Assembly: GCA_963663765.2 (NCBI GenBank)
Contig: CAXXUA010000010.1
Coordinates: 1 to 25,277 of the forward strand
DNA length: 25,277 nucleotides
Direction: 5' to 3'
DNA from: Candidatus Poribacteria bacterium
GTDB taxonomy: Bacteria > Poribacteria > WGA-4E > WGA-3G
Positions 1 to 7,709 of the stretch are shown here, piece by piece (within the stretch, counting starts at the first letter, position 1; each line of letters opens with the position of its first letter). Made by a program: the position numbers and the translations under genes. The notes beneath the pieces were generated by a model. It made no database searches, was not told the origin of the DNA, and worked only from the letters and a program-made list of their open reading frames with translations.

Positions 1-326
1 TTGAGTTTGGGTGAGTGCGTGGCGCGCTTATAAAGCACGCCTGCAGTGGGGGTATGCCAGCAGGTGAGGGTGGGGATGGCGCGCTTACAAAGCACCAAAT
101 CAAGAAATCAACGGTATGAATGCCATTTAGGCATTCCCCGGGTATGAATGCCATTTAGGCATTCCCCGCCTGCAAGGGAGTGCACGGGGTGCGCTTCCAA
201 AGCACCAAATCAAGTAATCAAGAAATCAACGGTATAAATGCCTTTTGGTATTCCCCCAAATCAACGCCGAATGCGCGTATGGCATTCGTCGGGTATGAAT
301 GCCATTTAGGCATTCACCGCCTACCG
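1..326. repeat. Cluster of REP family A (GCGCGCTTACAAAGCACGCCTGCAG/CTAC); two copies are interrupted by CAAATCAA micro-elements
   Basis: Three copies of the hairpin GCG(C/T)GCTT-ACA-AAGCACGC. Inserts at 96-167 and 206-318 split AAAGCAC|GCCT. Confidence 0.85.
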
Positions 327-441
327 TTTTTGCGTAAGTCCTGCATAATATTAACGGGATAGCAAAATATTATCAAAAACATTGAAAACTGAAGAACCCT
401 GTTCGGTGGATCAAAGGTATTCAATTGTCCGAAATGTACTA

Positions 442-521
442 TTGTGGGAGGAGTATCTCTTGTGGGAGGAGTATCTCTTGTGGGAGGAGTATCTCTTGTG
501 GGAGGGGTTTGTAACCCCGAT
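442..521 (+). repeat. 18-bp tandem (TTGTGGGAGGAGTATCTC x3) running into a REP family B unit (GTGGGAGGGGTTTGTAACCCCGA)
   Basis: Direct inspection. It produces the spurious LLWEEY repeats in ORF 382..714. Confidence 0.85.
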
Positions 522-789
522 TATCCAAGATTATAATCCGAGATTCAGCACCCTCACCGCGCCCTCCGCGATTCCAAAAACTAACCGCTGCAAGCCAACA
601 ACCAACCACCATTGGAAATATATTGGATATATATTGGATATCCCAATTAACAAACACACAAAAAACTCAGGTTTATTCAGTTTTAAGAATTATCAGTTAA
701 TGGGTGTTACTTAAAGTTAATACACGGTTTCGGTTTCCTAACCGAACTTTATGCATCAATTTTAGATTATTGAAACATGAACATCGCTC

Positions 790-1288
790 TTCAGTCCCGT
801 AGGGACGATATGTTTATAGAAAACAAGTACCCTTCCCAGTTCTTTAGTCCCGTAGGGACGATATGTTTATTCTTCTATGTCGTTCCTACGGAACTCAAGA
901 GAGTTAGATGGCATTTTTCTATAAACATATCGTCCCTACGGAACTCAAGAGGGTAGAAAACATTTTCTATAAACATATCGTTCCTACGGAACTCAAGAGG
1001 GGTAGAAAACATTTTCTATAAACATATCGTTCCTACGGAACTCAAGAGGGTAGAAAACATTTTCTATAAACATATCGTTCCTACGGAACTCAAGAGGGGT
1101 AGAAAACATTTTCTATAAACATATCGTTCCTACGGAACTCAAGAGGGGTAGAAAACATTTTCTATAAACATATCGTTCCTACGGAACTCAAGAGGGGTAG
1201 AAAACATTTTCTATAAACATATCGTTCCTACGGAACTCAAGAGGGGTAGAAAACATTTTCTATAAACATATCGTTCCTACGGAACTAA
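790..1288. repeat. REP family C array: two units in one orientation, then about 8 tandem 48-49 bp units in the other (TTTTCTATAAACATATCGTTCCTACGGAACTCAAGAGGGGTAGAAAACA)
   Basis: Palindromic core GTCCC-GTA-GGGAC / GTTCC-TAC-GGAAC; unit starts near 912, 961, 1010, 1058, 1107, 1156, 1205 and 1254. Confidence 0.9.
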
Positions 1289-1554
1289 ATGGTTTTCTCG
1301 CTATGTATTTGTTATTTGTTACCATTGATGATCTACTGCTTAAACAGATGATTACTGGGTTCTTCAGCATTGAAATTTTATTTTATGCTAAAATTAATTG
1401 CCGAAAGAACCACTAAAGACATGGACAAGAGGGTATTACATAAAACAAACACCCAAAAAACTACAAAAACTATATAAAATCACATATAATATATACAACT
1501 ATAGTTTGGACATATTCCGTTAGTTGCAAGTTGGTTTTCAAAAGTGTTTCTATT

Positions 1555-1845
1555 CAGGACTTACGCAGTTTTCATGATGATCCAATCAAGAATTAAGACG
1601 AAAACGATGTAGTTTTCAGCATTTTTTAGGTTTCCGGCGCGCTTACAAAGCACGCCTGCAGATGAGTTTGGGTGAGTGCGTGGCGCGCTTATAAAGCACG
1701 CCTGCAGTTGAATTTGGGTGAGTGCGTGGCGCGCTTACAAAGCACGCCTGCAGTTGGGTACGCCAGCAGGTGAGGGCGGGGATGGTGCGCTTACAAAGCA
1801 CGCCTGCAGTTTGAGTTCGTGGTGAGTGCGTGGCGCGCTTACAAA
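1555..1845. repeat. Dispersed segment starting CAGGACTTACGCA (second copy at 5801-5896), followed by a REP family A cluster
   Basis: About 95 bp near-identical to 5801-5896, then 5 family A units. Confidence 0.8.
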
Positions 1846-1907
1846 TCAAATCTCAAGAGATGCACAAACAAATTGCACTAATTCCTCACACAAAAAAGGA
1901 GACAATT

Positions 1908-2552
1908 ATGGACAACACAAGAACGCTCATATTCGTTGGAACAGAAGGAAGGTACCATGACCACCAAGGTAACGGGCAATACCTAACAACCATGCTCAAC
2001 GAAACCGACATCATCCAAGCCGACTTCTCACGCGACTACCAAATCCTCGCAGACGGGCTTGACACCTACAACACAGTGCTATTCTACACAGATATCGGTG
2101 AATTGACACCCGAACAAGAAACGGGTCTACTCAACTATATCAAGTCCGGCGGGGGATTCTTCGGACTCCACACCGCAGCCGCATCCTTCAGAGACTCCGA
2201 ACCATACCACCACATGCTCAACGGATTTTTCAACGGACACAGTCCTTATATGGACTTTACTGTTAAGGTGACAAATAACAAACATCCCATTACCGAGGGG
2301 TTAGCCGATTTTGAGGTAACTGATGAACTTTACTACCTAAAACACAACCCCGCAACATCACACCCCCTGATGTCAGCGTACGACAACACTAAAGACGAAA
2401 CGCATGTCATGGCGTTCCATCACAATTACGGGGATGGCAAAGTCTTCTATTTTGCTTTAGGACATGATATGGTAGTCTTGGAGAACGCAAGCTTTCAGGA
2501 GGTGATACGTAGAGGTGTTCTCTGGGTAGGTTCTGTTACACAAACATCGTAG
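1908..2552 (+). CDS. ThuA-like (trehalose utilisation / class I glutamine amidotransferase-like) domain protein
   Basis: Motifs GGGFFGLHTA, HPITEGLADFEVTDELY and GKVFYFALGHD. AAGGAG lies before ATG 1908; the upstream ORF extension is in repeat DNA. Confidence 0.85.
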   Translation: MDNTRTLIFVGTEGRYHDHQGNGQYLTTMLNETDIIQADFSRDYQILADGLDTYNTVLFYTDIGELTPEQETGLLNYIKSGGGFFGLHTAAASFRDSEPYHHMLNGFFNGHSPYMDFTVKVTNNKHPITEGLADFEVTDELYYLKHNPATSHPLMSAYDNTKDETHVMAFHHNYGDGKVFYFALGHDMVVLENASFQEVIRRGVLWVGSVTQTS

Positions 2553-2590
2553 GGGTACAGCAGGGGTATTCAGTTTTTAGCATTTTAGCT

Positions 2591-2629
2591 GTTTCCTGAG
2601 AAAATCGCGACCGGGAGGTCGCTCCTACC
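2591..2629 (-). repeat. REP family D unit (GTAGGAGCGACCTCCCGGTCGCGA...), inverted copy of 5596-5634
   Basis: GTAG plus the GCGACC..GGTCGC hairpin; 39-bp perfect reverse complement of 5596-5634. Confidence 0.8.
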
Positions 2630-2672
2630 GCGGGGTTTCTTTTTCAGAAATCCAAAAATATAGAAGGTTTTG

Positions 2673-3600
2673 CTATGACTGCGAAAGAATATCCGTTGCA
2701 GTACGAATGTCTCGACGAATCTGCTGCACTAACGCATGTATATTTGGGAACTCGCGTTCACTACGAATTTTCTCAACAAAAAATATCTCAATGGTTTCGC
2801 CATAAACAACTTCATCAAAATCAAATAGATGGCATTCAACCAAAAACTTTGACCCGTTAAAGGTGGGACGTGTACCGATATTCAGCACACCTCTTAACAT
2901 TCGTCCAGATAATTTTGCATGAACAGCATAAACACCATTGGGTGGACACAGTTGTTCACCGGGTTCAATATTTGCTGTCGGAAAACCGAGCTGCCGACCC
3001 GCGCCTATCGCCATGCACAATGTTACCACTCAAGGAATATGTGCGTCCGAGCAGTTGTGAGGCTAAACCAAGGTCGCCGCGCGCAATCGTTTCACGAATG
3101 CGTGTACTATGTACTGGCAACCCATTTAACTCTGTCGGCGGCACAACCGTCACGCCGAATCCAGTTTGCTTGCCGAGTGCCTTCAAGAGTTCTGCGTTGC
3201 CTTGCCGGTCTTTCCCAAATTGGCAAGCATAACCGACTACCACATGTTTCGCACGGCACTTGCCAAGTAATATGCGGTTCACAAACGTCTCTGGACACAT
3301 AGAAGCGATTCGTTCATTAAAGTTGACAAAAATAGAGATATCCATACCGAGGTGTTCAAGGATTTCTATACGTTTGGGCAAACACATCAGAACAGGAGGG
3401 CAATTTTCAGGTGAAAGAAACGCAAGGGGATGCGGATAAAAACCGAACAAGATAGTTGACAGTTGATCAGCATCGGCACGCGCACGTACTGCACCAAGCA
3501 CCTCTTGATGACCAACATGCAATCCATCAAATACGCCAAACGTAACAACCGAGTCTTGTGTAAAAACAGGGATAGAGTCCAAGTTAAAATAGGTTTGCAA
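2673..3600 (-). CDS. ribF: Bifunctional riboflavin kinase / FAD synthetase, split by a +1 frameshift at about 2998-3000
   Basis: N-part has GVFDGLHVGH and HSTRIRE; C-part has GRQLGFPTAN, GVLNIGTRPT and VECHLFDF. Removing one G from CGC GGG TCG restores GDRRGRQLGFPTAN. Confidence 0.92.
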
Positions 3601-3678
3601 AATTCTTCTCCACGAGTCTATGTCCCATGAACATACACCTTAGTTACATTTCATATTATCTGAACCGAGGTTTACGCA

Positions 3679-4659
3679 TCAACCATTTTCATCAATGTAC
3701 CGTTGTGCGCTGGCTACAATCATCTTTATAGCAGCTGCAGTCGGTAGTTCAATGCGACATCCGGAGGCACGTTCATGTCCGCCACCATTATACTCAGCAG
3801 CCAAGGCAGCGACATCAACTTTACCCGCACTCCGCAAACTCACTTTTGTATTGCCATCCGCCAACTCACAAACACATATAGCCACATCAACACCGCCAAT
3901 CGCTTGCACCTGATTCACAAACCCCTCAACATCATCCAAGGTCGTATCGGTATCATTCAACATTGCCTGTGTGACGCGAACCCAACCGATCTTACCATCC
4001 GGTGTCAGTTCTAATGTCCGCAGTGTTTGTCCTAACAAATACATCTTACCCATCAACACCTGTTCAAACACGTGTCGGTAGACTTCATCAGGAGCAAAGT
4101 TACCAATCTCTATCAGTTCTGCTGCGATACGATGTGTCTCAGGTGTCGCATTGCTAAACCGAAAACAACCTGTATCAAACATCACGCCGGTATATAAACA
4201 CAACGCACCTGCTTCGTCAATCGCAATGTCCGTAGACCTAATAAACTTGTATATAATTTCTGCAGTTGACGAAGCAGTAGTTTCAATTATGTTGTAATCC
4301 CCAAAAGCCTCCGCAGTGCTATGATGGTCAATGTTGACAACAGCGTGCATTGGTATCAACCGTTTCCGCAGAAAGTTACCAATCCGTTCTCTCGAACTTG
4401 CATCCAAAATGATGAGTACATCCGTGCAATAATCACTCGCTGCTTCCGCATTTTCAATGTTTTCCCAATACGGTAGAAACTGGTATTTTTCTGGCACTGG
4501 ATCCGTATTGAAAATTCTGACTGTTTTCCCTAACTTTTCCAGAAACAGGAACAGTGCCAACTCAGAACCGATAGCATCACCATCCGGATTAACGTGTGTT
4601 GAGATTGCAAACGTCTGATATTGTCGAAACAAAGCGAGGAGGGAACGAAAACTTTTCAT
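3679..4659 (-). CDS. nrnA: DHH/DHHA1 family bifunctional oligoribonuclease / pAp phosphatase
   Basis: HVNPDGDAIGS, IDHH, DTGCF, SLRS and GGGHERASG motifs; usual position after rbfA. Confidence 0.92.
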   Translation of the reverse strand: MKSFRSLLALFRQYQTFAISTHVNPDGDAIGSELALFLFLEKLGKTVRIFNTDPVPEKYQFLPYWENIENAEAASDYCTDVLIILDASSRERIGNFLRKRLIPMHAVVNIDHHSTAEAFGDYNIIETTASSTAEIIYKFIRSTDIAIDEAGALCLYTGVMFDTGCFRFSNATPETHRIAAELIEIGNFAPDEVYRHVFEQVLMGKMYLLGQTLRTLELTPDGKIGWVRVTQAMLNDTDTTLDDVEGFVNQVQAIGGVDVAICVCELADGNTKVSLRSAGKVDVAALAAEYNGGGHERASGCRIELPTAAAIKMIVASAQRYIDENG

Positions 4660-5045
4660 ATCAGTAAATCGTTTTCGGTTGATTTTTGCGAATCATCATC
4701 TTCATCACCTATTTCTTTTAAAAGTCCATCTATTTTCATCAGATGGTCAACAGAATCGTCTAAACTAAATCGGAGTTCTGGAGAATATCTGAGTACTAAA
4801 CGTCGGCTGATCTCACGTCGAATAAACCCGGCAGCACTCTTGAGTCCGGCAAGTGTTTCTTCCTTTTGCTCAAACTCACCGATAACACTGACTTTCACAT
4901 CCACATATTTCAGATCCGCGGATACATCCACATGTGTGACGGTGCAAAACGCAACACGCGGGTCCTTCACAACGCGATGAATAATCTCACTCAACTCTCT
5001 CTGAACAAGTGCTCCTACCCGGTCTTGTCTTCTATTTTCTATCAT
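4656..5045 (-). CDS. rbfA: 30S ribosome-binding factor A
   Basis: RRQDRVG..RELS, KDPRV, VSADL, AGFIRREI..LRYSPELRF..DDS. Confidence 0.96.
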   Translation of the reverse strand: MIENRRQDRVGALVQRELSEIIHRVVKDPRVAFCTVTHVDVSADLKYVDVKVSVIGEFEQKEETLAGLKSAAGFIRREISRRLVLRYSPELRFSLDDSVDHLMKIDGLLKEIGDEDDDSQKSTENDLLI

Positions 5046-5120
5046 GATTGTATCCCCTCAGTTTACTATTCTATCGGGGGTAAACCCAACCCACAAATGC
5101 GTCCCTTTACACAAACGTTC

Positions 5121-5405
5121 TTAGAAGAAAAAATCTGTCTCATAATCAACTAAAACAACAGAAGAATTCACTTCAATAAATTTAACGCACTGCGATAATA
5201 TTTGATTTACAAACTTTGCTGCGTTCGCAACTGAAACAATACCTAAGACAGCTGATTGATGTACATCAAGTGCTTCAACTTCTGCCACTGCGACGTTAAA
5301 TTTGTTTTTTATACGGGCAATTAGACTTTTTAGTACCCTCCGTTTTTCCTTCAGGGACTGACTCTCCGGTATATATAACTTGATTTTACAAACACCAATA
5401 TGCAT
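5121..5405 (-). CDS. ylxP: DUF503 (YlxP-like) protein
   Basis: SQSLKEKRRVLKSLIARIKNKFNVAVAEV signature; typical position between infB and rbfA. Confidence 0.9.
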   Translation of the reverse strand: MHIGVCKIKLYIPESQSLKEKRRVLKSLIARIKNKFNVAVAEVEALDVHQSAVLGIVSVANAAKFVNQILSQCVKFIEVNSSVVLVDYETDFFF

Positions 5406-5543
5406 CGCTTTTGTCTTGTTATATTACACTGAAATTGTTTCACAAACAAGTCTAAAAGACTCATTCGTCTTGCCTACAAATAATTAATCTTAAAACGTTT
5501 GAAATTAACTTTAAGATACGAATAAAAGAAAGATTTAAATATG

Positions 5544-5570
5544 ACGACTTGTGCCAGTTAACCAATTGTT
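5544..5570 (+). repeat. 27-bp terminal-like motif ACGACTTGTGCCAGTTAACCAATTGTT (inverted copy 7622-7648; related copy from 11894)
   Basis: Exact reverse complement of 7622-7648. Confidence 0.8.
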
Positions 5571-5595
5571 CGGATATTTCAAAATGAAACCCCCT

Positions 5596-5896
5596 GGTAG
5601 GAGCGACCTCCCGGTCGCGATTTTCTCAGGAAACGTGTATATTTGATAGAACTGTATAAGCCTGTGTCTACCGTTGTGTGCGTAAGTCCTGGTATAAACA
5701 TATCGTCCCTACGGGACTAAAGATGATGTACTATGACGTTTTTCTATAAACATATCGTCCCTACGGGACTGAAGATGATGTAGTATGACGTTTTCTATAC
5801 AGGACTTACGCAGTTTTCATGTTCCAATCAAGAATTAAGACAAAAACGATGTAATTTTCAGCATTTTTTTCGTTTCCGGCGCGCTTACAAAGCACG
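5596..5896. repeat. Mosaic: REP D (5596-5634), TGCGTAAGTCCTG, two REP C units, a CAGGACTTACGCA segment and a REP A unit
   Basis: Direct matches to families found elsewhere in the window. Confidence 0.8.
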
Positions 5897-6035
5897 TAGG
5901 TGTCAACTTAAGAAAATATTGTTTGCATTTTCTCTTGTGGGAGGGGTTTTCAACCCCGATTTGAGCGGAAATGCACTAAAAAATCGGGGTTGAAAACCCC
6001 TCCCACAAGAGGTAAAATCCTTAAGTTGACACCTA
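5897..6035. mobile_element. MITE/REPIN-like element: TA-GGTGTCAACTTAAG terminal inverted repeats enclosing an inverted pair of REP family B
   Basis: TAGGTGTCAACTTAAG...CTTAAGTTGACACCTA; internal CTCTTGTGGGAGGGGTTTTCAACCCCGATTT and its reverse complement. Confidence 0.75.
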
Positions 6036-6058
6036 TGGGTGCGTGCTTACAAAGCACA

Positions 6059-6208
6059 TAGGTGTCAACTTAAGAAAATATTGTTTGCATTTTTTCTTGT
6101 GGGAGGGGTTTTCAACCCCGATTTGAGCGGAAATGCACTAAAAAATCGGGGTTGAAAACCCCTCCCACAAGAGAATATGCCAACACTTTTTTCTTAAGTT
6201 GACACCTA
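6059..6208. mobile_element. Second copy of the same MITE/REPIN-like element
   Basis: Same termini and internal REP B doublet as 5897-6035. Confidence 0.75.
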
Positions 6209-6210
6209 TA

Positions 6211-6238
6211 GGTTTCGCTCACGCTCTACCCGACCTAC
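6211..6238 (-). repeat. REP family F unit (GTAGGTCGGGTAGAGCGTGAGCGAAACC); partial copy at 12080-12104
   Basis: GTAG followed by an imperfect hairpin; GGTTTCGCTCACGCTCTACCC is shared by both sites. Confidence 0.6.
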
Positions 6239-6391
6239 GATATTAATTCACGAATGTTATGAATATCTGCCAAAATATCTAAAACTAAATAACCCTGATC
6301 CTGCGATCTGTCCAGTCACCGCATCTCACATAACGTTGAAACAGGACTTGCCCGACACTCGGTTTGATGGATATGATTATAGCAATCGTAT

Positions 6392-6664
6392 TTATACCTC
6401 TATGGTCTCTTGGAAGTCCTGAAAAGAGGTTGCAAGTGAAGCATTAAGGTTCACCTGCTTGAGTTGGTTGATGTCAGCAATAGCCTCAAGTCTGGGGATG
6501 AGGACATTGACATCTGCATGCGGGAAACGTGCTTTGATGACTGCCAATGTATTTTCAATACTCGTTTGGCGCGCCCCTTGTTCAATGCCTTGTTCAATGC
6601 CTTGTTCAATGCCTCGTTCAATGCCTCGTTGGATCACATGTTCGTAAAAAGGTGAATCTTGCAT
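6392..6664 (-). CDS. Predicted internally initiated small isoform (RpnS-like, 90 aa, MQDSPFYEH...)
   Basis: In-frame GGAGG-caatc-ATG inside the gene, matching the known RpnL/RpnS organisation. Confidence 0.6.
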   Translation of the reverse strand: MQDSPFYEHVIQRGIERGIEQGIEQGIEQGARQTSIENTLAVIKARFPHADVNVLIPRLEAIADINQLKQVNLNASLATSFQDFQETIEV

Positions 6665-7303
6665 GATTGCCTCCAGTAAAGGGTCCTGAAAAAATTCTTT
6701 GGGATGTGCTAAACTCCCGAAAAGCGAGAGTGCAAATAAAAGGGTAGCCCGCATCTCTCTGTCAATATCAACTGTCTGGATCGTCTGAATACACTTCTCA
6801 ACCCAGCTTTGAGGAGTCATGTCTGCGGGCGGTTTCATCAAAGCCGTGAAAGGCAATAACCCTACAGCTTCGGGGTCCAAGAACGCCTCACCCTCCAACT
6901 CATAGATACGGATGACGTTATACTGAAACCACACGCCGCCACGTTGTGCGTTTCCATACCTATAGAAACCAGGGTCCCTTTGTCCCGCGGGTGGACGGAA
7001 ATACAACACCGTTGAATAAACATTCTTCTCATGTTCAAGGGCAAGAAAACTCGAATACGCCAGCATTCGTAAAGGCATCGGTTTATGGGTGCTGTCGTCG
7101 GTTTGTGCCTCTATATGTAGGATCGCCTCCTCATCGGGCAGGCGCACATGAAACGTCATATCACTATGATGCATCCGAACCGTGGCTTGCTCTGTGCTCA
7201 ACCGTTCCACGACTTCCACCTCTGACGTTTTCAGTGCTAACACTGCCAAGTCCTGTGGGAACTCCCCAGTAACGTGTTTGAAGATTTCATCATAATACGG
7301 CAT
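6392..7303 (-). CDS. Rpn family (recombination-promoting nuclease / putative transposase, PD-(D/E)xK fold) protein, copy 1
   Basis: YDEIFK start, HSDMTF..ILHIEAQT (D..ExQ), MPLRMLAY, LLPF, SPFYEH, GIEQG repeats and a helical tail. ATG 7303 chosen because a promoter lies directly upstream. Confidence 0.85.
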   Translation of the reverse strand: MPYYDEIFKHVTGEFPQDLAVLALKTSEVEVVERLSTEQATVRMHHSDMTFHVRLPDEEAILHIEAQTDDSTHKPMPLRMLAYSSFLALEHEKNVYSTVLYFRPPAGQRDPGFYRYGNAQRGGVWFQYNVIRIYELEGEAFLDPEAVGLLPFTALMKPPADMTPQSWVEKCIQTIQTVDIDREMRATLLFALSLFGSLAHPKEFFQDPLLEAIMQDSPFYEHVIQRGIERGIEQGIEQGIEQGARQTSIENTLAVIKARFPHADVNVLIPRLEAIADINQLKQVNLNASLATSFQDFQETIEV

Positions 7304-7309
7304 ATAATT

Positions 7310-7339
7310 ATTATACATGCATTTATGAAGAAATGTCAA
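7310..7339 (-). promoter_or_regulatory. sigma70 promoter TTGACA-N18-TATAAT ending 6 nt before the ATG (leaderless); also present in copy 2
   Basis: Minus strand reads TTGACA tttcttcataaatgcatg TATAAT aattat ATG, with no Shine-Dalgarno. Confidence 0.75.
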
Positions 7340-7440
7340 GATGTTTATAAGTATCACGAGTTGTGCTAAATAACTATATGTTAATCATTGTTTCACATAA
7401 GCATGGCGTTTTGCAGGTGTCCTTCATAGTTTGAAACGAT

Positions 7441-7650
7441 CTTTAGTCCCGCCAAATGCCATACGCGCATTTGGCGTTGATTTGGTAGGGACGATATGTT
7501 TATAGAAAAACGTCATAGTACATCCTCTTTAGTCCCGCCAAATGCCATACGCGCATTTGGCGTTGATTTGGTAGGGACGATATGTGTGCATTATAAACCT
7601 AATATATGTAATAACTTTGAAAACAATTGGTTAACTGGCACAAGTCGTTA
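7441..7650. repeat. Two REP C units, each split by a 34-bp micro-element (7451-7484, 7537-7570), then an 80-bp segment inverted relative to 11892-11971
   Basis: GTCCC|insert|GTAGGGAC, compared with uninterrupted GTCCCGTAGGGAC elsewhere. Confidence 0.85.
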
Positions 7651-7709
7651 CCATAGTGTTTCTTGTTGTTTAGGAAAGACATAACAAAATTATAAAAGAA
7701 ATGTAAAAT

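Larger units (their letters stand above)
6298..7355. repeat. Copy 1 of a ~1.06-kb direct duplication (copy 2 at 7933-9001)
   Basis: Near-identical. I saw 4 substitutions, one extra 12-bp unit and one 1-bp deletion in copy 2. Confidence 0.95.

Noticed and set aside
180-714. ORFs 180..362, 382..714 and 439..657
   Set aside because: They are translations of repeat DNA (LLWEEY and ILLPQE repeats) with no recognisable domain.
1830-1907. N-terminal extension of the ThuA-like ORF
   Set aside because: It starts inside a REP A unit; the RBS supports ATG 1908.
5407-5460. Patchy similarity between the DUF503 upstream region and the rimP leader (CGCTTTT..CACTGAAA..CACAAACAAGT)
   Set aside because: The matches are short, AT-rich and differently spaced; I cannot distinguish them from chance.
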